NCBI GenBank assembly: GCA_951406725.2
Contig: OX597820.1
Span: 3,224,001 to 3,288,000, forward strand
DNA length: 64,000 nucleotides
Reading direction: 5' to 3'
From: Octopus vulgaris
Taxonomy: Eukaryota
Both the position numbers and the translations under genes were made by a program. Positions within the stretch are counted from its first letter, which is position 1; each line of letters opens with the position of its first letter. Positions 11,641 through 27,129 of this stretch are shown one piece after another. Under the pieces are notes generated by a model. That model had not been told where the DNA came from, searched no databases, and worked only from the letters and a program-made list of their open reading frames with translations.

Positions 11641-14600
11641 GAATGTTACTTTAGCTCAGTTTATGAGAGACAGGAGTTTCTGAAGAACTCTGGTTGTAAA
11701 AGCAAAAATGAAGCTGAACCTTTAAGGGAAGACCTTTTTGCTCGGGAATGGTTCAGTAAAGATGCAGACTGACTACAGCTGTCATCCTAATTCAGCATCA
11801 GCTGATAATAGAGTAAGGGTGGGGGAGGAAGTGGACCAGTGAAGAAAACAAGATGGTAATGCAGTGCTACTTGGAAAGTGAACTTAAAAGAAGGAGCGAT
11901 AGAAAACGGATGTTAACCCTTTGGATAGAGAAGGGTAATGTTTAAAGCGGGTGAGCGTAGGTTAGTTGATGAAGGTAATGCTATTGGAAGAAGAAAGTGG
12001 ATGACAGAATTGCAGGTAGAAGAGATCAGAAGAGAACTGGAAAAGAAAGGCCAGGCAGTGGGTCAGACATACAACAACATAGAAGAGATACAACTCAAAC
12101 CAAAGAAGAACCTAAGAGAAAATAATAATAATAATAATAATAATAATAGCACTACCAATAAAGAAGGGGCGACTGGCAACAGCGACTTCAGTGATTTAAT
12201 TGAGGAAGATCAGAAGATTTCAGATGAGTTGCAGGAAGTAATGAGTAAAGAAGTAAGAAAAAGATTGCCAGTATTAAAAGGCAGCCACAGAAGGAAGCTG
12301 CTAGAAAAGACTAGAAAAATAGGGTTTTTTTACCAATAGGATAGATACTAAAAATATAGAAGACACTAACTTATTGATCTCTGTAGGAGGAGTTGTAGTC
12401 ACCAGAAGATTAGCTATCTCACAGGAAAAGAGTAAAAAAAGAGCAAATGTGGAAAAGGAGACTACAAGATAAAGTGAAGACTTTAAGACAAGATGTGAGT
12501 AGAATAGAAACCTGGAAACTGAACAAGTTAGGAAGCAGAAGATGGAAATCTTCCCTTGAGAAAAGATATTTAGTGAAAGAGAAAGGATTTGAGACAGTCA
12601 ATGAAGAGTTGAAACAGAGTGTCATAGTAGTAGCAGACAAGCTTTCCATATATCAAGAAAGAATGGATCAGTATCAACAGAATAGATTATTTGAGGCAGA
12701 CCAGAGGAGATTTTATAACCAAATAAATAGTGGAGAACGAAGTACTGAAGATGGGAAACCTAATGCAGAAGAAGCTAGAAAGTTCTGGAGTAATATTTGG
12801 GATAAACCATTCAATCATAATGGAGATGCAGTATGGTTAAAGAAAGTGAGGAAAGAAGCGGTGAGTGAAAAGCAGCCAGATCTAAGACTAACAAGTGCAT
12901 TAACGAATAAAGAATCGGAAGGGCCCAGGACCAGATTCCGTTCAAGGGCACTGGCTAAAAGAATTCAGTAGTTTACATGGGAGGCTGAGGGAACAACTTC
13001 AGGATTGTCTTTATAGAGAATAGTATCAGATTGGATGGCTAGCAGGAGGACAATACTCCTTATGAAGGATAAGAGCAAGGGTAATACAGCCAGCAACTAT
13101 AGACCAGTCATTTGCTTACCATTAGTGTGGAAGCTGTTAACAGGAATGCGGTCAGAAAGCATTTACAAGCACCTTGACAACCAGAATTTCCTACCAGAAG
13201 AACAGAAATGTTGCTGGAAGAAGGACAGAGGAACGCATGATCTATTATACACAGACAAAGCAATTCTAAATGAAGTAAAAGCTAGAAAGAAAAATCTAAC
13301 AATGGCATGGATAGCTGAAAGGGAAGCCTAAGACATGATCCCATACTCATGGATAAGTGAATGTTTGAGTATATTCAGTATAGCAGACAACATATAAGAG
13401 AATGAATTAGCTTTAACATGAAGGAATGGAAAGTAGATCTCCACTCAGGTGACACACTCTTAGGGAAAAGTTAATATCAAAAGAGGAATTTTTCAGGAGG
13501 ATTTATTGTCCCCTTTCATATTCATCTTATGCTTGATCCCCTCAGTTTAGTATTAATGAAAGTAAAGGCAGGATATCAGTTCAGAAATAGTAAGGGAAAA
13601 ATTAAGCATTTGCTCTACAAGGATGATCTGAAGCTTTTTAGTAAGAATGAAAAAGCGATAGATTCCTTAATACAGACTGTAAGAATCTATAGCAAAAGAT
13701 ATAGGCACGGAATTTGGCATGGATAAGTGTACGTGCAATAGTAGTCATGAGAAGGGGACAGGCGGTCAACAGTGAAGGCATCCAATTACCAGGTGGCCAG
13801 ACATTGAAATCATTGGAAGGAGGAGAGAGTTATAAGTATCTAGGAGTATTAGAGTCTGAGAGAGTACTATCTACAAAAATGAAAGAGAAAATTGAGAAGG
13901 AGTACATCAGAAGGGTGAGGAAGCTAATGAATTCAAAGTTAAATGGTCCGAATCTAGAGAAGTCTGCAAATACTTGGACAATATATCATTACTTCGATAC
14001 TCAGCAGCTTTTGTAGATTGGACAAAAACTGAATTAGCAAATCTAGACAGAAGAACTGGGAATGAATTGAATATGAATGGAGGACTCCACCATGAAGGGC
14101 AGGAGTAGCAAGATTATACCTACTTGGAAAGGAAGACGGAAGAGGGTTAACATCAGTAGAAGACTGTGTGGAGTTAGCTAGGGTAGACATAGACTCCTAT
14201 GTAGGTAATAGCGAAGGAAGTTTATTAAAAGCTGCTAAGGTCACAACAAGACACAGGGAAACCAAAAATCCAAATGAAGTTAAAAACCAGAAAAAAAAAA
14301 GAACAGAAATTATCTGACTGGCAGGAGAAGGTATTGCATGGTAGATTCCCAAAGATAGTTTCAGCAAATAGTAGTAGTGAGACATGGTTAAGGTTGCAGA
14401 ACGAAAAGCTGAAAAAGGAGAGAGAAAGTTTGTTAGTAGCAGCACAGGATCAAGCATTAAGGAACAAAAGGATAAAAGCCAAAATAGACAAAAACCAAAT
14501 AGATTCCCAATGTAGATTATGTTAATAAAAATAGGAAGGCGTTACTGCCACAGTAAATGAATGTAGGATGCTGGCACAGAAAGAATACAAGAAAAGACAT

Positions 14601-15140
14601 CTCGGGAGAGGCATCCACTGGGAGCTTTGTAGAAAGCTAGGATTTGAACATATTGATAAATGGTATGAACATGGAGCTGGTAAAGTAGTAGAAAGTAAGA
14701 AAGACAGGATGTTGTGGGACTTTAACATTCAGACTGACAGAGTAATAGAAGCTAGAAGGTCTGATTTGGTAGTAGTAAATAAAGCGAATAGAAAGTGCCA
14801 GATAAATTGACTTTTCAGTCTCAAATGAAGAAAAAATTAATATGAGAAGTATTGAAAAAAAGTAGCAAAGTACCAGGAGCTAGTTATTGAATTACAGAGA
14901 CTATGGAACGTGTGGGTAAAAGGTATCCCAGTAGTTATAGGTGCATTGGGGACCATACCTAAAGATCTGAACTGATGGGTAGAGTAAATAGGCATAAAAC
15001 CCAGTTTAGTACAGCTGCAGAAAACAGTGTTACTAGGGACAGCTAGGGTACTTAGGAGGGTTCTTGGCGTCTAAGGGTTCTTGATGCAACCCGATTTTAG
15101 GATTCTTTTCTTTTCCAACAGTCTAATCTGTTGTGTGTAT
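11641..15140 (+). pseudogene. Near full-length, degenerate R4/Dong-type element of a different subfamily
   Basis: N-terminal RKWTSEENKMVMQCY (Myb-like), QQNRLFEADQRRFY, NYRPVICLP, HLLYKDDLKL, CRLC, MLWDFNIQTD; many stops and frameshifts. Confidence 0.85.
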
Positions 15141-15167
15141 ATGATGATGATGATGATAATAATAATG

Positions 15168-16609
<1,442 letters not shown>

Positions 16610-16974
16610 CAACAACAACAACAACAATCATAATTAATAATTATTCATTACCTTATGACAAGGCGACAAACCAACAGAGCAGAACACGGCTGACTGAACT
16701 GACCCCAGGTGCTTATTTATTGATCTGTTGATAAGGATGGAAGTTTACTCGATGGAAGTTCAATTCAGAATGTGAAGAAGTGTAACTAAATAGCTTGAAG
16801 TCTGTAATCAGTTGCCATGGCGATCGTGTGTACCACACCACTGTCCTACTACAGCCGTTACCATAATTTATGATTCATATTTTATTTTTTTCTAAAGCAC
16901 ATTGATTCCATGTGCGTGAAGTAAATGTTGAAATGATGTTTACAATGGGATTTAAGTTTATGATATTGGAGAAG

Positions 16975-17190
16975 GTGCATGGCTCAATGGTTAGAGGACT
17001 TGACTCACAATCATAAAGTCATGTTATCGATTCCTGGCACTGTGATGTGTCCTTGAGCAAGACATTTTATTTTCATGTTGCTCCAGTCCACTCAGCTGGC
17101 AAAAATGAGTAACACCTATGTTTCAAAGGGGTCAGCCTTGTCACACTCTGTGTCACACTGAATCTCCCTGAGAACTACATTAAGGGTACA
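16975..17190 (+). mobile_element. tRNA-derived SINE with CORE-like body, 3'-truncated
   Basis: A-box tggctcaatgg, B-box-like atcgattcc, gtgtccttgagcaagaca...gctccagtccactcagctg; tail matches 29110-29180. Confidence 0.65.
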
Positions 17191-17199
17191 ATCTTAACT

Positions 17200-18020
17200 C
17201 TCCCTTAATATCTGTGTTATCCCAAAACAGTGGAAATCTGTGAGCCTTATTCCCTTGGTCAAAAGTGGCAGCCCCACATCACATGTCGATTACTGCCCAG
17301 TCTTAATAGCTGTTGCACGAAATTGATGGAATCCTGTGTCAGAAAGCTACTCTGGAAATTTCTGAACTTCCATAATTTTATACAACTTTGGTAATTTGGA
17401 TTTATTCCTCATTCCAGCTGTTGGGGTCAACTCATTGAAATTCTTGAAGACATCACCCAAATTACAGACAATGGTTCATGGGTGGATGTTTCTTATCTTG
17501 ACTCCACCAAAGTCTTTAATTTTGTGCCGCACAAATGACTTATAGCAAAACTCTCTGCAATGCGTGTGAGAGCTAATCTTCATAATTGGTTCAAGTTCTT
17601 CATTCTTGGCTGTGTAGAAATAGTTATAATACTAGGACAACATTTTGCACCTTGTGCAATAACATCCGGTGCCCTGCAGAGACCTGTTTTGGTTCTCTGT
17701 TATTTCTTGCATACATTAATGAAACAGGGGACAACTTGAAGGGTTAAAAGGTGCAGACAACATTTTGCTGTGCCTTGAGATAAAAAGAATGGAACCTGTA
17801 TTCTACAGATCTTCCCTGCAATCTGACCAGGATGCAATGCAGCAATTGGTCACTGACTGGCAACCCAAGTTGGCTGTAGACAGGTGTACCGTTACTTTTT
17901 GGGAGGGAAAACTCAGAATTTACCAGTTCTCTCCATGATACCAACTCTAAGAAGTTTGTTGGTGAACATGACCAAGGCAATATTGTCAAGTGTGACCTCT
18001 CTTAGAAGAATGACATTTCA
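17200..18020 (+). pseudogene. Highly degraded CR1/L2-type RT fragment
   Basis: Remnants FGFIPHSSCWGQLIEILEDIT...VDVSYLDSTKVFNFVPH. Confidence 0.6.
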
Positions 18021-18353
18021 AACATCGCCTGACAACTGATGCTGGTGTGTTTACGTCCCTGTATCTTAGCAGTTCAGCAAAAGAGACCGATAGAATAAGT
18101 ACTAGGCTTACAAAGAATAAGTCGTGGGGTCGATTTGCTCGACTAAAGGCAGTGCTCCAGCACGGCCACAGTCAAATGGCTGAAACAAGTAAATGAGTAT
18201 GCTTCTGGCTTTCATTGTTGCCTGCTTTTTATCCCCTCTCTTGCCATTTACTGAATAAATGTGGTGCACTCAACCACTCGAAGCAATAACCAATTTATTA
18301 TTGATATAATATTTACATCTAGGTTATTATATTTTGTTTGGTAGGGTGTGATG

Positions 18354-20062
18354 CAGGGCCAGATTAAGATCCATAGAGGCCCTAAGCACTTCAAAGGTTT
18401 TTAGTGCCCCCCCCCCCCACTTATATATGTAATTTAAAATATAAACAATAATAAACTATAAAATAATTTTTTATTATTCAAAATGAAACAAAACTAACAG
18501 AAAGAGGCTAAAATAATGTTTATTTTGTAAATTGGGTCATCCCATAAATAATGTGTTTTTTTTATACTTCTTTTATTTCTCAAAATTAAGATAAAGCTCT
18601 TTTTTAATCTCAAATATACTCTCCTTTATTTTCTACAATGCTCTTCCATCTATCCAGTAGACTTACAAGGCTCCTTTTCCAAAATTCACTCATCCGTGAC
18701 AAAAAATACTCCTCCAATACTGTTCTGACCTCGTCTACGGAATTCATATTTTTCTATCCAAATGATTTTGAAGACTGCAGAATAAATGATAATCAGATGG
18801 GTTCAATATTCGGTGAATATGGTGAGTGGGGCATCATTTCCCATTCAAATTGGTTCAGCTTTTGGAATGTCATCTTCACTGCATGTGGTCGAGCATTATC
18901 CTGATGGAAGAACACCTTTCGTCTTGAAACCAAACATGGTTGTTTTTCTTCTGGCACTGTCTGAAGCCGCTCAAGCTGCTCACAGTAGATCTCTTTTGTT
19001 ATCATTTGGTTTGGGTTTAAAAGTTCGAAATGGATTAAACCTTTCATATCCCACCAAACAGATAGCAACACCTTACATAGATGAAGACCTTCTTTAGCCC
19101 GGGGTGCTGGTATTTCCCCTTTTCCTGCCTACTGTCTTTGGCACTTGACATTTTTATAGAGAACCCATTTCTTGTCACCAGACACTATTCGATCCAAAAA
19201 AAGGTTCATTCATGGGACGTGACAGCAAAGAAGAGCACACATTCACTCTCTGCATGTGATTAGACTCAGAAAGTTTGTGAGGAATGCATTGACCAAATTT
19301 GCTCATTTTTCCAGTGACACACAGGTGTCGATAAATGGTTGAATGACCAAATCCAAGCTTCTGTGATAGTTCCCCAACAGATACAATGGGATTTTGTTCT
19401 ACCAGAGATTGCAGGATATCCTCATCGAGCTTTACAGATCTTCCAGGACAAGGCTTGTCTTCTAGGCTGTAGTTTCCAGCTTGGAAATTCTGAAACCACT
19501 GCTGACATTGGCTTACACTTATTTTCCGCTTCCCATATATACTGCATTAATATTCCTTGCACTTACCATTCCGTTGTTGCCTTTATTGAACTCTTAAAGC
19601 AAAATATGCCAAATATGCTCCTTTGTTACTTCCATTATAGCTTTGAAAAGATAACTGTTAAAGTCGAACTGCACTCTTCAAAACTTGCACTAAGAATAAG
19701 TACAAGGTAAAATTACTACCTGCTTTTATAGCAAGTTGATGCCGGTAGTTTATTTTGTCCCCCTCCAACTTTTAGTTCACACAATTGAAAAAAGCACATT
19801 ATTTATGGGATGACCCAATATTTCCCTTTTATTTATATTTGAAAAGCTTTCTATTTTTCTTATTTGCAGGATCAGATCCTCTCTGGCACCATGAACACTT
19901 CAAAATTATATTTCCAATCATAAACTACTTTGAAAATTATTTTAGCCGTTTCAAAGAGATTTCTTTTGTGCCATAAACCATTTACCATTTCTGTGGTGCC
20001 CCCTCCCCTCGCTTGATGCCCTAAACACTCACTTATTTTGGTCTATAGCTAATCCAAAGCTG
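18354..20062. mobile_element. Probable hAT-type MITE interrupted by the mariner
   Basis: Ends cagggccagattaag / ctaatccaaagctg with subterminal ggccct/gtgcccc motifs; no convincing 8-bp TSD. Confidence 0.4.
18532..19818 (-). mobile_element. Full-length (1287 bp) mariner with disrupted transposase (~19635 to 18604)
   Basis: TIRs ttgggtcatcccataaataatgtg / cacattatttatgggatgacccaa-TA; SVWWD, HQDNARPH, HSPYSPN motifs; stops and frameshifts. Confidence 0.9.
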
Positions 20063-20348
20063 AATGTAAGGTCCATCTCTCTCTCTTCTGTCTTTTACAA
20101 ACCCACTGACCCTTACTCACAATTCTACCTCACTTGTTTTCTCATAGGCATAGGCGTGGCTGTGTGGTAAGAAGCTTGCTTCTCAACCACATGGTTCTGG
20201 GTTCAGTCCCACTGTGTGGCACCTTGGGCAATGTCTTCTATTATAGCCTCGGGCCAACCAAAGCCTTGTGAGTGGATTTGGTAGACAGAAACTGAAAGAA
20301 GCCTGTCTTATATATATTATATATACACACACACACACATATATATAT

Positions 20349-20930
20349 ATACAGAGTACATTTAAACACATACGAGGTAGCTATCAGAGGACTACTTACA
20401 CGCTAGAGAGGACAGTTAAATTCTAAACCACAATTAGAGATAAAAATCAAAGGGAATGAAAAATGTAAACATTTACCATCTAACTCTTGGACCAATGGTT
20501 TCAGACTTTTTTAGCAAATAAAATAAATAAAATAAGTAAATAAAATAATTCAGTATATGGGGATCAGACAATAAATTTTTTAGATAATTTTTGAAATGAA
20601 AAAGCTGGCATATTTATTAACTGCCGACAGGGAGCTGCGCTTGCGCGGTAGATTTGAAAAATTAGAATGGGGCACGGGGCATATATTGGATTGCCTCGTG
20701 TATATATATTTAATGTAATGTGTAACTGCTGAAGAAGGGTTCACCTAGCAATTTATTTTATTTGCTAAAAAAAGTCTGAAACCATTGGTCCAGGAGTTAG
20801 ATGGTAAATGCTTACATTTTTCATTCCCTTCAATTCTTATCTCTAATAGTGGTTCGAAATTTAACTATCCTCTCTAGCATGTAGGTAGTCCTATGATGGG
20901 TACCCTTATGTGTTTAAATGTACACTGTAT
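20349..20930. mobile_element. Non-coding PLE-like element with ~180-bp inverted arms and a hammerhead motif
   Basis: 20349-20527 is a diverged reverse complement of 20750-20930; TA-rich flanks; HHR at 20723-20800. Confidence 0.65.
20723..20800 (+). ncRNA. Hammerhead ribozyme motif
   Basis: ctg-CTGAAGA-agggtt...aagtct-GAAA-ccattgg-TC-cag; palindromic stem III; one mismatch in stem II. Confidence 0.6.
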
Positions 20931-21028
20931 TTATATGAATAATATATAGTCTATTGACTAAATTTTTACATGCTAGGCCACTGGAAATGGAAATTTCTAA
21001 TATTTCCAGTTACCCTTTGCTAATATTG

Positions 21029-21161
<133 letters not shown>

Positions 21162-21194
21162 CATATATATATACATATATATACATATATATAC

Positions 21195-22086
<892 letters not shown>

Positions 22087-22246
22087 AACACACACACACA
22101 CACGCAAATATTTGTGTGCGCACGCGTTTGTCCCCCTACCATCACTTGACAACCGATGTTGGTGTGTTTCCATACTCATAACTTAGCGGTTCAGTAAACG
22201 GAGCCCGATAGAATAAGTACTAGGCTTACAAAGAATAAGTCCTGGG

Positions 22247-24231
22247 GTTAGTTAGTTAGTTAGTTAGTTAGTTAATTTGGCTCAAAAGCAATAGCAAGGC
22301 CATGTAGGGGGACATGGAGTTAAGTACAGGGTGGTGTTCATGTAAAGAGTTCAGGCCACTTGAGGTCCAGGGAGGCTTTGAACAAAGCGGTCGTTGGCAT
22401 CTTCACCATCTCATCTGGCAGCTTGTTCCACGGATCCGCAACCCGGACGGAGAAAGCTCCTCTCCTTCGATTGAGATGAAATCGTCACAGGTAGAGCTTT
22501 TCGGAATGACCCCGCAGCCGACGCTCCGGAGCAGGAGTGAAGAACAGCTCTTTCGAGAGGTTACACTTCCCGCTTATGATGTTGTGGGCGAGAATGAGAT
22601 CACCACGGCGGCGGCGTTTTTCAAGAGAATAAAGGTCGAGCGTCCTCAGCCTTTCTTCGTAGGACAAATTTTTGAGACCATGAACCAGGCGGGTAGCCAG
22701 CCTCTGGACTCTTTTGAGGTGCTGTATGTCTTTGAGGAGATAAGGAGAAGAGGCTTGAATCCCATACTCCAATATGGGTCTCACCAGCGTGACATAGAGT
22801 GGCAGGAATATGGCTGCTGTGAGCACTCCGAATGACCGTCGAATCAAAAACAGAATTCCGCGCGCTTTGTTGGCAGCATGGATGCACTGGGCCGAAGGCG
22901 AAAAGGAGGAATCCACCAAGATACCCAGGTCCTTTACCTGATCGGTCCTCTCCAGCAGCAGATGACCCGGCTCGAAATCAAGTTGAGTTGCAGGAGTAGA
23001 GCCGACAGGCAGATGACAGTACTTTGACACGTTCAGACACAGGTCCCAATCGTTAGACCACTTCCAAATTTGGTGGAGGCATCGACGAAGATCCTCTATA
23101 CTACCGCGAGGAGCGACCAGTTTGATATCGTCGGCAAATAGAAGGGTGTGTTGCGTGAGGTCGTCGGGCAAGTCATTTATGAAGACTAAGAACAACAAGG
23201 GCCCAAGCACTGAACCTTGAGGCACGCCACTGCTCGCACTGGAGACGTCGGACCGCGAACCATTAACTTGAACTTGGAAGGAGCGATCTGAGAGGAAGGC
23301 ACCAACCCATCGTACAATATCTGGATGGAAACTATATGCTTGAAGCTTGACAAGTAGTAGGCGGTGGTTTACCGAGTCAAAAGCTTTGGCAAAGTCCAAT
23401 AAAACGATGTCAACAGCATCACTATCATCGAGGATGCGCGTCACCAATTCTTCCATTACTAGTAAGTTGGTCAAGCATGATCTCTTCGGCACGAAGCCGT
23501 GTTGGGAATCAGTGATCGAGGCTGTGCTTAGGAGGTGGAGCATCATACTTTTCTTAAGGATGGTTTCGAACATCTTGCTGATTATTGATGTAAGGGAAAC
23601 CGGTCGGTAGTTAAGCGGGTCTTCGCGGCTCCCTTTCTTGAAAATTGGGCAGATTATCGCTGTTCTCCAGTCTGCAGGTATAACACCCGTCGCCAATGAC
23701 ATATTGAATAGTCGTGTTAAGGGCTCGCAGATGACCGGAGCCAACGCTTTGATAACCCGTGGGTGTATGCCGTCAGGGCCGTGACCCTTGTTGACATCGA
23801 GGCCTTGAATAACACGTTTGACTTGGTCCCGCGTGATGATCAATCGAAGCATTGGAGGTACCGATCTATCAAATGGAGGGGGTTCACGACCATCATCTTG
23901 TTTGAAAATAGTTGAAAAAGCCTCGGCAAATAATTGACTCTGTTGATAAGGGTCCTCAATCGATACGCCTGTTGAGTCTACCAATGTTACAATCTGGTTG
24001 TTCAAGCGGGAATTCCGCTGGACATGGGCAAAGAAGGTTTTTGGATTGCTACTGGCTTTTGCCGCGATTTTGTATTCATAACTGAAGCGTTCTTTCTTTT
24101 CAATTTTCACGGCTCGGTCTCGTTGAGTTTTGTACACCTCAAAAGCTGCAGTCGAATCCAGATTTTTGAATTCAGCCCAAGCAATATCTCTGAGTCGACG
24201 TTCTCGTTTAACCTTCTTCGTCACCCAGGGG
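22247..24231 (-). mobile_element. Young 5'-truncated CR1-clade LINE with (TAAC)n tail, inserted in a SINE
   Basis: Splits a SINE (22110-22246 | 24227-24305) at ggggtt; (ttag)n at 22247-22272; visibly more GC/CpG-rich than flanks. Confidence 0.9.
22338..24224 (-). pseudogene. CR1 ORF2 reverse transcriptase (no endonuclease; one premature TGA at 22485-22487)
   Basis: GPDGIHP, NYRPVSLTS, QHGF, LDFAKAFDSVNH, GVPQGSVLGP, FADD, RRRRGDLI; frame continues past the TGA as RFHLNRRRGAFSVRVADPWNKLP to a stop at 22338. Confidence 0.88.
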
Positions 24232-24319
24232 TTGATTTATTTGACTACAAGCGGTGCTCCAGCATGGCCGCAGTCACATGACTGAAGCAAATAAAAGAAT
24301 AAAAGACTAAAGAATGCCC

Positions 24320-24512
24320 CCACCCCTCCACCCACCGCAGACCCCCTCCCCCCTCCACCCACCGCAGACCCCCTCCCCCCTCCACCCACCGCAGACCCCC
24401 TCCCCCTCCACCCACCGCAGACCCCCTCCCCCTCCACCCACCACAGACCCACTCCCCCTCCACCCACCGCAGACCCACTTCCCCCCGCCACCCACCGCAG
24501 ACCCACTCCCCC
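24320..24512. repeat. 26-27 bp C-rich minisatellite (~7 copies)
   Basis: Unit cctccacccaccgcagaccccctccc. Confidence 0.9.
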
Positions 24513-25207
24513 CTTCTCCCTGTCTCTGTCATTTCCATAACTTCTTTATTTACTCAGAAGAAGCTTATGATTCCCTCCGTTGCTGATCTGAGTTTCTGGT
24601 TACATCTGATCGTTCAGGTAACAAAAAGATTCACCTGAGCAGCGATGGTTTAAAATCAATATCTTATACCAAATGTATTTAATTAGAGAAATAATTAGAT
24701 CTATTTTGGAAGACATGTTTATATAATTAGAGGTAAATATATTTAATTATATAACTGTAGCTGTATTCAATAAGTTGTGCTTGCTAATAATCACACATTG
24801 ATTGAGATTATCATTTACTTGTATATCATTTAATTAATTAGCTGTGAGTAACAGACTAGCTTCGTTAGGCTTCTGTAATCTGATGGTAAAGTTCTCAAAC
24901 AGTGAAAACCATCGATGCGTGCCGTATGAGAGTTTGTCTCCAAATGATCTGATTGTGTCGAAGCAGTCTGATGGTTGTTGTGGGAAAGGAGAGATGCGTG
25001 ATGGCATTAGGACCATTCTTACCAACTTTGAAATACTGGAAGGAAATTCATTTAATCTTTTAGCATTCGGATCAGTCTTTCAGATGTAAAGCTTATTTAT
25101 TCGTGTTGTTTGTTAATTAACCGAGGATTATCTCATAGCTTAGATCTTGTTGGTTGGAAAACACAAAACAGATATGACCAGTTTAGATGCTAAAGAGTTG
25201 AAGAATC

Positions 25208-25625
25208 ATCACCATCATTGTTCGACCGTGGTCGAAACAATGGAATTTATTATGTTATACCAGACTTCACAGTCCATCATAGCATTACGGAGGTCCTGTT
25301 GCTGGATGCCTGTATCCCTGGTGATTACATCAGGGTAGGAGAGTGTGCGCCCTCTGGTATCATGAGCAGATGGCTTCCAGAGGAGAAGAGTAGAAATTAC
25401 CTCGTTTTCAGCTCTACAACAATGTCCAGCAAACTGGACTCTCCTACCTTTCACAGGAGATGATACAGGTGGTAACTTCCCATATATTTGTACTTTGGTT
25501 GGATGCCATTTCCACGAGAGATTTTGAGCTCTCATAAGGAGGCGAGTGTAAGTTCCATCCAACCGCCTCTCACACTTCTTTGATAACGTCCAGGTTTCTG
25601 AGCCATATAGTAAAATGATAATTGC
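25208..25625 (-). pseudogene. 3' end of an RTE/RTEX-type LINE
   Basis: ILLYGSETWTL...RLDGTYTRLLM...RRVQFAGHC; short (gat) tail. Confidence 0.75.
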
Positions 25626-25967
25626 TAGGAACTGAGTTGCTACCATTCTTGATAACAGGACACATGTTTCTGAATTTAAATTCTGAATTCTCTAATAATT
25701 AACTCATTAATCCCTATGAGAATTTACTAATTATATGATTTATTTTCATCGTAATTGTTGCACCAATCTCATTAGTATCAGATGCAATAAGAAATTATGA
25801 AACCAAAGGGAAGTTTGGTCAGCTTTGTATTCTTCCTTTAATGTTTTCGGTTTGGCCCTCAATACAAGCACAAATGGACACCAGATGTGAGTGCCAAATG
25901 TTGGAGACACTCAGAACTTTTCATTACCTTCAACTGCCATTCCATGTGGAACCACTTGTGGGAAGCG

Positions 25968-26421
25968 GTCAAGCCATCGTCATGGGATAGGCCAATGCCA
26001 TGATGTTGTCTACTTATATTTTAATGTATTTAGTATGAATAAGCCTACAAGATCACGGAAGTCAGCACTGACATATGCAACCATAGACGCATCAAATAGC
26101 TCATGTTTATCCTTTGCTAAACAATATAATCTTCCTCACGTGTTTGATAAGATCTAGGTCTTTAGGGTCAAGATCGACATATAATTTGGCATATTCGATA
26201 GCTTTATCAAGCAGCGATCTAGATATGGAGGGATAAAAATCTTTAATGTCAAACAAGTGAATCTAGCCTTATTCTTATTTTGAAACTTGTTGAACCAGTC
26301 TATTATTATAAAACTGTTATTCCATGGGTGAAACTTGGTCATTTCCATAATTCTATTGTTGACATTTTTAAGTACATTTTTTACTGCATTTCCAATTTCC
26401 GATTTAGCTGGGTTTAACAAT
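25968..26421 (-). mobile_element. Inverted duplicate of the PLE RT segment 27726-28180
   Basis: Reverse-complement match with only a handful of substitutions. Confidence 0.9.
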
Positions 26422-26435
26422 ACTATGGATTTATA

Positions 26436-27129
26436 CAACAAGTGAGCCCAGCCCACTTATGAATGCCTTTCCTCCCTTGGACACAAAGACCTGTTGAGGC
26501 AAGCAAAGTCGATATAGAACCTCATCCGACGACAGGCACCCATGCCAACCCCCCTCTGCTTGCGAAGACATGTTGGGGCAAGCGAAATCGAAATCGAAAC
26601 CGAATTGAACCAGCCAGGATCCCTGGTCTGGTGGTACGTAAAAAGCACTATCTGACTCGTGGCTGATGCCAGCGCCGCTTCCACTGGCTTCCGTGCCGGT
26701 GGCACGTAAAATACTCCAATCCGACCGTACAATAGGCACCCATGCCAACCCCCTTTGCTTGTGAAGACATGTTGGGGCAAGCGAAATCGAAATCGAAATC
26801 GAATTGAACCAGCCAGGATCCCTGGACTGGTGGTACGTAAAAAGCACTATCCGACTCGTGGCCGATGCCAGCACCGCCTCGACTGGCTTCCGTGTCGGTG
26901 GCACATAAAATACACCAATCCGACCGTGGCCGTTGCCAGCCTCGCCTGGCACCTGTGCAGGTGGCACGTAAAAAGCACCCACTACACTCATGGAGTGGTT
27001 GGTGTTAGGAAGGGCATCCAGCTGTAGAAACATTGCCAGATTAGACTGGAGCCTGGTGCAGCCTTCTGGCTTCCCAGATCCCCGGTCGAACCGTTCAACC
27101 CATGCTAGCATGGAGAACGGACGTTAAAC

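Noticed and set aside
16811-16824. RFX X-box-like gttgccatggcgat
   Set aside because: Imperfect single motif with no promoter evidence.
22247-22272. (TTAG)n as a telomeric relic
   Set aside because: It is the reverse complement of the CR1 (TAAC)n tail.
22485-22487. In-frame TGA as selenocysteine or readthrough
   Set aside because: It sits in an Arg-rich motif; a CGA>TGA transition is simpler, and I saw no SECIS.
25023-25035. 13-nt minus-strand microexon (ttccttccag|...|gtaag)
   Set aside because: Not frame-preserving and could arise by chance.
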